A DNA stretch of 64,000 bases, taken from positions 34,570-98,569 of the forward strand of contig NIVC01003421.1 of NCBI GenBank assembly GCA_002269645.1. Reading direction: 5' to 3'. Both the position numbers and the translations under genes were made by a program. Of this stretch, positions 48,147 through 61,400 are shown piece by piece (positions within the stretch are counted from its first letter, which is position 1; every line of letters begins with the position of its first letter). The notes under the pieces are model-generated. The model saw only the letters and a list, made by a program, of their open reading frames with translations, was not told the origin of the DNA and did no database searches. The stretch comes from Macrostomum lignano (Eukaryota).

Positions 48147-50737
48147 GTTTGTTGAAATCAATTAAAATTTTTTGAATGCTTCAGTTATCACTGTGAGAAA
48201 TTGTTATTTTTGTCTTCTGTGAGCTTTTTTGTGCTCGGTTTGGCATGCGGTGTCACTCTCCGTTTTCAGAGTGCTCAATAGTTTTATTTTTTTCAAGTAA
48301 ACTTTTCTGTGTGCTTACATCATCGAGTCGAGCTGATGTCAGCACGTCCTACTGCTGCAGTTAGGTTGCAGTAAGTTGTCTACTTCAAGTACTATAAAGT
48401 CTGAAATCATAGATTCAGAGGTCATCCGCTGATTGTAACTTGCTGTTTTGCATGCTTGTTATTTTACTTTTGACTAATTGATCATTTTGGAAAGAAGTAG
48501 CATCATATCAAGACAAGCGTCTAAAGTTTTCGTTATGCATGAAAAGATAAAAAAATCGTTTCTTTTTCGAGGTTTCATGGATTAAAGCTAACTTTACTTA
48601 CAGCTAACTAATTTTTCTCGACTCTTAACATTAACACTTAAATACGCTTTCTTTTATAACATTGCTATAGTTACTTTTACTATTAATTATAACTATCTCA
48701 GTGTGCGTGACTTTTATTTAATCTGAATGTATTATAACTAGTTGATTAATGTCTCCCATTTAAGTTTCTAAAAGTCACTATATGATAAAATCCACTGTCT
48801 GTCTCAGTGACGCAATCACAGCATCATTGTTTTTAAAAAAACATTTGTGCGACGTCTTTCCCCCCTTAGAGATTATCTATACTTCGACAATAGTGTTACT
48901 GCGTCCGAACTCCGAATGTGGAAGCCACAAGCACATCTCTGTCTGTCTGTCTGACTGTGTGTGTGTGTGTGTTTGTGCATTAGGCATTTCTTGGGACAAG
49001 CGTGTATAAACTGACCCGTGCTATTAGGACCAAAAATGTGTTGGGCCAGGCCCAATAAGTGCGTCCCGACACTTCCAAAAATGAATTCTATTGAAATGAA
49101 AAAATATTCATTGGAACCGTCTTTCGATTCTCCTTTCAAAAATCAATGTCATTTTTTCATATTTTTAATCAAACACGGGGAATCTAATGATTTGCAGTGT
49201 CCTAAGAAGTTTAAAAAATTATGCGAACTGATGGTCTGATCCAACAGAACAATTGGGTCTCAAATCGGAATTCTCGTTTTATTACAATATTTCTTACAAT
49301 ATCAAGAAAGTCTACTACAAGTAACAGATAGAGGTTCTCCACAGGGCTGCCAATCGACACTTGAAAGGATCCTGACATTTGGCATCGTGTTTACTATAAA
49401 ATATGAAATAATTTAATAAAGATTTAGAATATTACAATCAAGCATACAAACCTTATAGATTTAGTATATTTAGATTTTTGCATAGAAACAGCTAGCATCT
49501 AAATTCATTAGCTTCCAATTTCACTTATACACGAAACATGGCAAATTAAGGTTACATCCGCCTGTGCCCTCGGCCATTTTAACTGAAATTCTCGTTTTCA
49601 GTCAGCTGCATTAATCTATTTGTCATATGTGAATGGGTATTAACTGACTCAAGTTAGTGACTGGAGGCCATTAACGTAAAGTGACACTTTGAGTGAGGTA
49701 GTTTTCCGGTGGAAATTCTCACAGTCTTATGAAGCGCTTTTAGAGCAAAGAAATAAAGGGCAAAGAAAAACTTTGCATTTCCCGAGAAAACCGAGGACGA
49801 GTATTAGAGGGAAACGTTTAATCTCTAAGGCTTTAAATGACTTCCTTATTGGCCTGGGTTTGGGCAGCTATACTATGTAGAAAAATTTTTCCTAGAATTA
49901 TGATAATTATCGTCTGGTATACTGAAATGTACTGAGATACCAAGAAACTTAAGATGACTGCATGGACTGCTAGCACATGTTTGCGTGTCACTGTCACTGT
50001 AAAGTCGAAATCGATGACTAGTTTGGCCCAAAACTAACTACTAGGCCTTCCTGGAAAACAATTCTGCTTATCTTGGATCGTAAAGATAAACCCACGTACA
50101 GTGCAGAAGTGTTAGGACAAGCGTGTACAAGACCCAGGCAATCCCTTACCCAGGCCACGCGTACATTCCTATCGCGGCGGGGGGAAGCGGGGAGGAGAGG
50201 CGGGCGCAAGGGAGTCGGGATAAAGTTTACACTGAAGTTGAGGCCTACAAGAGGAAGAGCCAATTCTAACGGAAAGGTACATGTAGAAGTTCCCTTTGAC
50301 AAACGGCGTACTGGCGGTACTGCATATGTTCAAGCGAATATAATTCATTTACGAGACCTGCACTACACAGACAAAATGTGCCACGTCACAAGAGTTTCCA
50401 TGCATGACCTGGCATGAAAAGACTTGGCTAGGAACCATTACACATATGTAAGTAGAATTTAAAATTCTTTTTAAAATTTTATGATTAAATAAAAACTTAA
50501 CTGGAATTTACATATGTACTTTTCTAAAATTCCAGATACGTTGATATCGATAAGCTACCGTTTTCTTCTATAACAAACAGATTTGCCTTCATTGTCAAGT
50601 AAGTCTTGTCTCGTACTCGTATATGTCGTATTTTTTGTACGTTGAAAAAAATAATAAGCAGCCTAGTAATACTCTGAGCTCAGTGAAATATAAGAGAGGC
50701 GGCACGATCACCTTATTTATCAATTAATTTACAACAG

Positions 50738-51545
50738 CCAATCATCCTGCATCCTGCATTTACAACGCTGCATCCGTCATTTGGTTCACTTGCTGCTCAC
50801 AAGCCGCAGCAGCAGCAGCCGCTATCCGTGCAGGCAGTCAGTCTCTTTGTGAATTTTCTGGTGGATCTGAAGAAAACCCGTCCGGCACAGGATTAAAGAG
50901 AAAGAGACGATCTGTTTTGGGTGAGTATTATCTGCTGTAGAAGTATTGTACACCAGAGTACTTGTGTTACTTGGTAGAGCACAATTGAAAAGCAATGCAA
51001 CAATCTCAGTGGCATTGTTGGGACACAAGCTACAAACGCATTGAATAGTAAACACAGCCCAGCCTAGCTCAAGGCTAGTAATTTGTTGGGCATTTATTGG
51101 GACATTGCAGCCAGGCCTATTTTTTGAACAGCATTTGTTGGGTCGCACTTATTGGGACAATACTGATTCTAATCGCGACTACTTCTGAGTTCTGACTTTT
51201 CAAAACAGACCCAGCATTAGTTGAACACGTTCTATTAAAGGGTTCCTTTATAGCCTATTAATGATTACTAAAGGCAAGCCTATCTTAATTGATTTCTTTT
51301 CCTCGCAGATTCTGAAGTCAGCCACGCCAGCGACATGCCTAAGAGACAAGAATGCGCTTTAACGATCAGCAGCGAGCATTCTGATCTCGCCGCTGCATCC
51401 GTCATTTGGTTCACTTGCTGCTCACAAGCCGCAGCAGCAGCAGCCGCTATCCGTGCAGGCAGTCAGTCTATTTGTGAATTTTCTGGTGGATCTGAAGAAA
51501 ACCCGTCCGGCACAGGATTAAAGAGAAAGAGACGATCTGTTTTGG
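50738..51545 (+). other. Candidate exons at the array start: unique-flank exon A (50738-50920) and first repeated exon (51309-51545), both phase 1-1
   Basis: Acceptors TTTACAACAG and TTTCTTTTCCTCGCAG, donor G|GTGAGT; 183 and 237 nt; the phase-1 reading stays open across A and the repeated exons. No family match recognised. Confidence 0.5.
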
Positions 51546-53930
51546 GTGAGTATTATCTGCTGTAGAAGTATTGTACACCAGAGTACTTGTGTTACTTGGT
51601 AGAGCACAATTCAAAAGCAATGCAACAATCTCAGTGGCATTGTTGGGACACAAGCTACAAACGCATTGAATAGTAAACACAGCCCAGCCTAGCTCAAGGC
51701 TAGTAATTTGTTGGGCATTTATTGGGACATTGCAGCCAGGCCTATTTTTTGAACAGCATTTGTTGGGTCGCACTTATTGGGACAATACTGATTCTAATCG
51801 CGACTACTTCTGAGTTCTGACTTTTCAAAACAGACCCAGCATTAGTTGAACACGTTCTATTAAAGGGTTCCTTTATAGCCTATTAATGATTACTAAAGGC
51901 AAGCCTATCTTAATTGATTTCTTTTCCTCGCAGATTCTGAAGTCAGCCACGCCAGCGACATGCCTAAGAGACAAGAATGCGCTTTAACGATCAGCAGCGA
52001 GCATTCTGATCTCGCCGCTGCATCCGTCATTTGGTTCACTTGCTGCTCACAAGCCGCAGCAGCAGCAGCCGCTATCCGTGCAGGCAGTCAGTCTATTTGT
52101 GAATTTTCTGGTGGATCTGAAGAAAACCCGTCCGGCACAGGATTAAAGAGAAAGAGACGATCTGTTTTGGGTGAGTATTATCTGCTGTAGAAGTATTGTA
52201 CACCAGAGTACTTGTGTTACTTGGTAGAGCACAATTGAAAAGCAATGCAACAATCTCAGTGGCATTGTTGGGACACAAGCTACAAACGCATTGAATAGTA
52301 AACACAGCCCAGCCTAGCTCAAGGCTAGTAATTTGTTGGGCATTTATTGGGACATTGCAGCCAGGCCTATTTTTTGAACAGCATTTGTTGGGTCGCACTT
52401 ATTGGGACAATACTGATTCTAATCGCGACTACTTCTGAGTTCTGACTTTTCAAAACAGACCCAGCATTAGTTGAACACGTTCTATTAAAGGGTTCCTTTA
52501 TAGCCTATTAATGATTACTAAAGGCAAGCCTATCTTAATTGATTTCTTTTCCTCGCAGATTCTGAAGTCAGCCACGCCAGCGACATGCCTAAGAGACAAG
52601 AATGCGCTTTAACGATCAGCAGCGAGCATTCTGATCTCGCCGCTGCATACGTCATTTGGTTCACTTGCTGCTCACAAGCCGCAGCAGCAGCAGCCGCTAT
52701 CCGTGCAGGCAGTCAGTCTATTTGTGAATTTTCTGGTGGATCTGAAGAAAACCCGTCCGGCACAGGATTAAAGAGAAAGAGACGATCTGTTTTGGGTGAG
52801 TATTATCTGCTGTAGAAGTATTGTACACCAGAGTACTTGTGTTACTTGGTAGAGCACAATTCAAAAGCAATGCAACAATCTCAGTGGCATTGTTGGGACA
52901 CAAGCTACAAACGCATTGAATAGTAAACACAGCCCAGCCTAGCTCAAGGCTAGTAATTTGTTGGGCATTTATTGGGACATTGCAGCCAGGCCTATTTTTT
53001 GAACAGCATTTGTTGGGTCGCACTTATTGGGACAATACTGATTCTAATCGCGACTACTTCTGAGTTCTGACTTTTCAAAACAGACCCAGCATTAGTTGAA
53101 CACGTTCTATTAAAGGGTTCCTTTATAGCCTATTAATGATTACTAAAGGCAAGCCTATCTTAATTGATTTCTTTTCCTCGCAGATTCTGAAGTCAGCCAC
53201 GCCAGCGACATGCCTAAGAGACAAGAATGCGCTTTAACGATCAGCAGCGAGCATTCTGATCTCGCCGCTGCATCCGTCATTTGGTTCACTTGCTGCTCAC
53301 AAGCCGCAGCAGCAGCAGCCGCTATCCGTGCAGGCAGTCAGTCTCTTTGTGAATTTTCTGGTGGATCTGAAGAAAACCCGTCCGGCACAGGATTAAAGAG
53401 AAAGAGACGATCTGTTTTGGGTGAGTATTATCTGCTGTAGAAGTATTGTACACCAGAGTACTTGTGTTACTTGGTAGAGCACAATTGAAAAGCAATGCAA
53501 CAATCTCAGTGGCATTGTTGGGACACAAGCTACAAACGCATTGAATAGTAAACACAGCCCAGCCTAGCTCAAGGCTAGTAATTTGTTGGGCATTTATTGG
53601 GACATTGCAGCCAGGCCTATTTTTTGAACAGCATTTGTTGGGTCGCACTTATTGGGACAATACTGATTCTAATCGCGACTACTTCTGAGTTCTGACTTTT
53701 CAAAACAGACCCAGCATTAGTTGAACACGTTCTATTAAAGGGTTCCTTTATAGCCTATTAATGATTACTAAAGGCAAGCCTATCTTAATTGATTTCTTTT
53801 CCTCGCAGATTCTGAAGTCAGCCACGCCAGCGACATGCCTAAGAGACAAGAATGCGCTTTAACGATCAGCAGCGAGCATTCTGATCTCGCCGCTGCATCC
53901 GTCATTTGGTTCACTTGCTGCTCACAAGCC

Positions 53931-53993
<63 letters not shown>

Positions 53994-55846
53994 GCTATCC
54001 GTGCAGGCAGTCAGTCTATTTGTGAATTTTCTGGTGGATCTGAAGAAAACCCGTCCGGCACAGGATTAAAGAGAAAGAGACGATCTGTTTTGGGTGAGTA
54101 TTATCTGCTGTAGAAGTATTGTACACCAGAGTACTTGTGTTACTTGGTAGAGCACAATTCAAAAGCAATGCAACAATCTCAGTGGCATTGTTGGGACACA
54201 AGCTACAAACGCATTGAATAGTAAACACAGCCCAGCCTAGCTCAAGGCTAGTAATTTGTTGGGCATTTATTGGGACATTGCAGCCAGGCCTATTTTTTGA
54301 ACAGCATTTGTTGGGTCGCACTTATTGGGACAATACTGATTCTAATCGCGACTACTTCTGAGTTCTGACTTTTCAAAACAGACCCAGCATTAGTTGAACA
54401 CGTTCTATTAAAGGGTTCCTTTATAGCCTATTAATGATTACTAAAGGCAAGCCTATCTTAATTGATTTCTTTTCCTCGCAGATTCTGAAGTCAGCCACGC
54501 CAGCGACATGCCTAAGAGACAAGAATGCGCTTTAACGATCAGCAGCGAGCATTCTGATCTCGCCGCTGCATCCGTCATTTGGTTCACTTGCTGCTCACAA
54601 GCCGCAGCAGCAGCAGCCGCTATCCGTGCAGGCAGTCAGTCTCTTTGTGAATTTTCTGGTGGATCTGAAGAAAACCCGTCCGGCACAGGATTAAAGAGAA
54701 AGAGACGATCTGTTTTGGGTGAGTATTATCTGCTGTAGAAGTATTGTACACCAGAGTACTTGTGTTACTTGGTAGAGCACAATTCAAAAGCAATGCAACA
54801 ATCTCAGTGGCATTGTTGGGACACAAGCTACAAACGCATTGAATAGTAAACACAGCCCAGCCTAGCTCAAGGCTAGTAATTTGTTGGGCATTTATTGGGA
54901 CATTGCAGCCAGGCCTATTTTTTGAACAGCATTTGTTGGGTCGCACTTATTGGGACAATACTGATTCTAATCGCGACTACTTCTGAGTTCTGACTTTTCA
55001 AAACAGACCCAGCATTAGTTGAACACGTTCTATTAAAGGGTTCCTTTATAGCCTATTAATGATTACTAAAGCAAGCCTATCTTAATTGATTTCTTTTCCT
55101 CGCAGATTCTGAAGTCAGCCACGCCAGCGACATGCCTAAGAGACAAGAATGCGCTTTAACGATCAGCAGCGAGCATTCTGATCTCGCCGCTGCATCCGTC
55201 ATTTGGTTCACTTGCTGCTCACAAGCCGCAGCAGCAGCAGCCGCTATCCGTGCAGGCAGTCAGTCTCTTTGTGAATTTTCTGGTGGATCTGAAGAAAACC
55301 CGTCCGGCACAGGATTAAAGAGAAAGAGACGATCTGTTTTGGGTGAGTATTATCTGCTGTAGAAGTATTGTACACCAGAGTACTTGTGTTACTTGGTAGA
55401 GCACAATTCAAAAGCAATGCAACAATCTCAGTGGCATTGTTGGGACACAAGCTACAAACGCATTGAATAGTAAACACAGCCCAGCCTAGCTCAAGGCTAG
55501 TAATTTGTTGGGCATTTATTGGGACATTGCAGCCAGGCCTATTTTTTGAACAGCATTTGTTGGGTCGCACTTATTGGGACAATACTGATTCTAATCGCGA
55601 CTACTTCTGAGTTCTGACTTTTCAAAACAGACCCAGCATTAGTTGAACACGTTCTATTAAAGGGTTCCTTTATAGCCTATTAATGATTACTAAAGCAAGC
55701 CTATCTTAATTGATTTCTTTTCCTCGCAGATTCTGAAGTCAGCCACGCCAGCGACATGCCTAAGAGACAAGAATGCGCTTTAACGATCAGCAGCGAGCAT
55801 TCTGATCTCGCCGCTGCATCCGTCATTTGGTTCACTTGCTGCTCAC

Positions 55847-55907
<61 letters not shown>

Positions 55908-58381
55908 TATCCGTGCAGGCAGTCAGTCTATTTGTGAATTTTCTGGTGGATCTGAAGAAAACCCGTCCGGCACAGGATTAAAGAGAAAGAGACGATCTGT
56001 TTTGGGTGAGTATTATCTGCTGTAGAAGTATTGTACACCAGAGTACTTGTGTTACTTGGTAGAGCACAATTCAAAAGCAATGCAACAATCTCAGTGGCAT
56101 TGTTGGGACACAAGCTACAAACGCATTGAATAGTAAACACAGCCCAGCCTAGCTCAAGGCTAGTAATTTGTTGGGCATTTATTGGGACATTGCAGCCAGG
56201 CCTATTTTTTGAACAGCATTTGTTGGGTCGCACTTATTGGGACAATACTGATTCTAATCGCGACTACTTCTGAGTTCTGACTTTTCAAAACAGACCCAGC
56301 ATTAGTTGAACACGTTCTATTAAAGGGTTCCTTTATAGCCTATTAATGATTACTAAAGCAAGCCTATCTTAATTGATTTCTTTTCCTCGCAGATTCTGAA
56401 GTCAGCCACGCCAGCGACATGCCTAAGAGACAAGAATGCGCTTTAACGATCAGCAGCGAGCATTCTGATCTCGCCGCTGCATCCGTCATTTGGTTCACTT
56501 GCTGCTCACAAGCCGCAGCAGCAGCAGCCGCTATCCGTGCAGGCAGTCAGTCTATTTGTGAATTTTCTGGTGGATCTGAAGAAAACCCGTCCGGCACAGG
56601 ATTAAAGAGAAAGAGACGATCTGTTTTGGGTGAGTATTATCTGCTGTAGAAGTATTGTACACCAGAGTACTTGTGTTACTTGGTAGAGCACAATTCAAAA
56701 GCAATGCAACAATCTCAGTGGCATTGTTGGGACACAAGCTACAAACGCATTGAATAGTAAACACAGCCCAGCCTAGCTCAAGGCTAGTAATTTGTTGGGC
56801 ATTTATTGGGACATTGCAGCCAGGCCTATTTTTTGAACAGCATTTGTTGGGTCGCACTTATTGGGACAATACTGATTCTAATCGCGACTACTTCTGAGTT
56901 CTGACTTTTCAAAACAGACCCAGCATTAGTTGAACACGTTCTATTAAAGGGTTCCTTTATAGCCTATTAATGATTACTAAAGCAAGCCTATCTTAATTGA
57001 TTTCTTTTCCTCGCAGATTCTGAAGTCAGCCACGCCAGCGACATGCCTAAGAGACAAGAATGCGCTTTAACGATCAGCAGCGAGCATTCTGATCTCGCCG
57101 CTGCATCCGTCATTTGGTTCACTTGCTGCTCACAAGCCGCAGCAGCAGCAGCAGCGCTATCCGTGCAGGCAGTCAGTCTATTTGTGAATTTTCTGGTGGA
57201 TCTGAAGAAAACCCGTCCGGCACAGGATTAAAGAGAAAGAGACGATCTGTTTTGGGTGAGTATTATCTGCTGTAGAAGTATTGTACACCAGAGTACTTGT
57301 GTTACTTGGTAGAGCACAATTCAAAAGCAATGCAACAATCTCAGTGGCATTGTTGGGACACAAGCTACAAACGCATGAATAGTAAACACAGCCCAGCCTA
57401 GCTCAAGGCTAGTAATTTGTTGGGCATTTATTGGGACATTGCAGCCAGGCCTATTTTTTGAACAGCATTTGTTGGGTCGCACTTATTGGGACAATACTGA
57501 TTCTAATCGCGACTACTTCTGAGTTCTGACTTTTCAAAACAGACCCAGCATTAGTTGAACACGTTCTATTAAAGGGTTCCTTTATAGCCTATTAATGATT
57601 ACTAAAGCAAGCCTATCTTAATTGATTTCTTTTCCTCGCAGATTCTGAAGTCAGCCACGCCAGCGACATGCCTAAGAGACAAGAATGCGCTTTAACGATC
57701 AGCAGCGAGCATTCTGATCTCGCCGCTGCATCCGTCATTTGGTTCACTTGCTGCTCACAAGCCGCAGCAGCAGCAGCCGCTATCCGTGCAGGCAGTCAGT
57801 CTCTTTGTGAATTTTCTGGTGGATCTGAAGAAAACCCGTCCGGCACAGGATTAAAGAGAAAGAGACGATCTGTTTTGGGTGAGTATTATCTGCTGTAGAA
57901 GTATTGTACACCAGAGTACTTGTGTTACTTGGTAGAGCACAATTCAAAAGCAATGCAACAATCTCAGTGGCATTGTTGGGACACAAGCTACAAACGCATG
58001 AATAGTAAACACAGCCCAGCCTAGCTCAAGGCTAGTAATTTGTTGGGCATTTATTGGGACATTGCAGCCAGGCCTATTTTTTGAACAGCATTTGTTGGGT
58101 CGCACTTATTGGGACAATACTGATTCTAATCGCGACTACTTCTGAGTTCTGACTTTTCAAAACAGACCCAGCATTAGTTGAACACGTTCTATTAAAGGGT
58201 TCCTTTATAGCCTATTAATGATTACTAAAGCAAGCCTATCTTAATTGATTTCTTTTCCTCGCAGATTCTGAAGTCAGCCACGCCAGCGACATGCCTAAGA
58301 GACAAGAATGCGCTTTAACGATCAGCAGCGAGCATTCTGATCTCGCCGCTGCATCCGTCATTTGGTTCACTTGCTGCTCAC

Positions 58382-58428
<47 letters not shown>

Positions 58429-61400
58429 GCTATCCGTGCAGGCAGTCAGTCTATTTGTGAATTTTCTGGTGGATCTGAAGAAAACCCGTCCGGCACAGGA
58501 TTAAAGAGAAAGAGACGATCTGTTTTGGGTGAGTATTATCTGCTGTAGAAGTATTGTACACCAGAGTACTTGTGTTACTTGGTAGAGCACAATTCAAAAG
58601 CAATGCAACAATCTCAGTGGCATTGTTGGGACACAAGCTACAAACGCATTGAATAGTAAACACAGCCCAGCCTAGCTCAAGGCTAGTAATTTGTTGGGCA
58701 TTTATTGGGACATTGCAGCCAGGCCTATTTTTTGAACAGCATTTGTTGGGTCGCACTTATTGGGACAATACTGATTCTAATCGCGACTACTTCTGAGTTC
58801 TGACTTTTCAAAACAGACCCAGCATTAGTTGAACACGTTCTATTAAAGGGTTCCTTTATAGCCTATTAATGATTACTAAAGCAAGCCTATCTTAATTGAT
58901 TTCTTTTCCTCGCAGATTCTGAAGTCAGCCACGCCAGCGACATGCCTAAGAGACAAGAATGCGCTTTAACGATCAGCAGCGAGCATTCTGATCTCGCCGC
59001 TGCATCCGTCATTTGGTTCACTTGCTGCTCACAAGCCGCAGCAGCAGCAGCCGCTATCCGTGCAGGCAGTCAGTCTCTTTGTGAATTTTCTGGTGGATCT
59101 GAAGAAAACCCGTCCGGCACAGGATTAAAGAGAAAGAGACGATCTGTTTTGGGTGAGTATTATCTGCTGTAGAAGTATTGTACACCAGAGTACTTGTGTT
59201 ACTTGGTAGAGCACAATTCAAAAGCAATGCAACAATCTCAGTGGCATTGTTGGGACACAAGCTACAAACGCATTGAATAGTAAACACAGCCCAGCCTAGC
59301 TCAAGGCTAGTAATTTGTTGGGCATTTATTGGGACATTGCAGCCAGGCCTATTTTTTGAACAGCATTTGTTGGGTCGCACTTATTGGGACAATACTGATT
59401 CTAATCGCGACTACTTCTGAGTTCTGACTTTTCAAAACAGACCCAGCATTAGTTGAACACGTTCTATTAAAGGGTTCCTTTATAGCCTATTAATGATTAC
59501 TAAAGCAAGCCTATCTTAATTGATTTCTTTTCCTCGCAGATTCTGAAGTCAGCCACGCCAGCGACATGCCTAAGAGACAAGAATGCGCTTTAACGATCAG
59601 CAGCGAGCATTCTGATCTCGCCGCTGCATCCGTCATTTGGTTCACTTGCTGCTCACAAGCCGCAGCAGCAGCAGCCGCTATCCGTGCAGGCAGTCAGTCT
59701 ATTTGTGAATTTTCTGGTGGATCTGAAGAAAACCCGTCCGGCACAGGATTAAAGAGAAAGAGACGATCTGTTTTGGGTGAGTATTATCTGCTGTAGAAGT
59801 ATTGTACACCAGAGTACTTGTGTTACTTGGTAGAGCACAATTCAAAAGCAATGCAACAATCTCAGTGGCATTGTTGGGACACAAGCTACAAACGCATTGA
59901 ATAGTAAACACAGCCCAGCCTAGCTCAAGGCTAGTAATTTGTTGGGCATTTATTGGGACATTGCAGCCAGGCCTATTTTTTGAACAGCATTTGTTGGGTC
60001 GCACTTATTGGGACAATACTGATTCTAATCGCGACTACTTCTGAGTTCTGACTTTTCAAAACAGACCCAGCATTAGTTGAACACGTTCTATTAAAGGGTT
60101 CCTTTATAGCCTATTAATGATTACTAAAGCAAGCCTATCTTAATTGATTTCTTTTCCTCGCAGATTCTGAAGTCAGCCACGCCAGCGACATGCCTAAGAG
60201 ACAAGAATGCGCTTTAACGATCAGCAGCGAGCATTCTGATCTCGCCGCTGCATCCGTCATTTGGTTCACTTGCTGCTCACAAGCCGCAGCAGCAGCAGCC
60301 GTATCTATCCGTGCAGGCAGTCAGTCTCTTTGTGAATTTTCTGGTGGATCTGAAGAAAACCCGTCCGGCACAGGATTAAAGAGAAAGAGACGATCTGTTT
60401 TGGGTGAGTATTATCTGCTGTAGAAGTATTGTACACCAGAGTACTTGTGTTACTTGGTAGAGCACAATTCAAAAGCAATGCAACAATCTCAGTGGCATTG
60501 TTGGGACACAAGCTACAAACGCATTGAATAGTAAACACAGCCCAGCCTAGCTCAAGGCTAGTAATTTGTTGGGCATTTATTGGGACATTGCAGCCAGGCC
60601 TATTTTTTGAACAGCATTTGTTGGGTCGCACTTATTGGGACAATACTGATTCTAATCGCGACTACTTCTGAGTTCTGACTTTTCAAAACAGACCCAGCAT
60701 TAGTTGAACACGTTCTATTAAAGGGTTCCTTTATAGCCTATTAATGATTACTAAAGGCAAGCCTATCTTAATTGATTTCTTTTCCTCGCAGATTCTGAAG
60801 TCAGCCACGCCAGCGACATGCCTAAGAGACAAGAATGCGCTTTAACGATCAGCAGCGAGCATTCTGATCTCGCCGCTGCATCCGTCATTTGGTTCACTTG
60901 CTGCTCACAAGCCGCCAGCAGCAGCAGCCCGCTATCCGTGCAGGCAGTCAGTCTCTTTGTGAATTTTCTGGTGGATCTGAAGAAAACCCGTCCGGCACAG
61001 GATTAAAGAGAAAGAGACGATCTGTTTTGGGTGAGTATTATCTGCTGTAGAAGTATTGTACACCAGATACTTGTGTTACTTGGTAGAGCACAATTCAAAA
61101 GCAATGCAACAATCTCAGTGGCATTGTTGGGACACAAGCTACAAAACGCATTGAATAGTAAACACAGCCCAGCCTAGCTCAAGGCTAGTAATTTGTTGGG
61201 CATTTATTGGGACATTGCAGCCAGGCCTATTTTTTGAACAGCATTTGTTGGGGTCGCACTTATTGGGACAATACTGATTCTAATCGCGACTACTTCTGAG
61301 TTCTGACTTTTCAAAACAGACCCAGCATTAGTTGAACACGTTCTATTAAAGGGTTCCTTTATAGCCTATTAATGATTACTAAAGCAAGCCTATCTTAATT

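Noticed and set aside
48775-49090. Helitron-like 5' end, and a 22-bp inverted similarity to the array spacer (CCCAATAAGTGCG.CCC.ACA)
   Set aside because: No 3' hairpin/CTAG end identified, and the similarity is too short to assert shared origin.
50073-50417. 114-aa ORF with a GC-rich core upstream of the array
   Set aside because: Non-ATG start, no domain similarity and no usable splice pair; it could be a promoter-like or TE fragment, but this is unsupported.
50581-50598. 18-nt microexon candidate (ACAG|ATTTGCCTTCATTGTCAA|GTAAGT)
   Set aside because: Good splice motifs, but it is symmetric and cannot bridge tomosyn phase 0 to array phase 1; unverifiable without RNA data.
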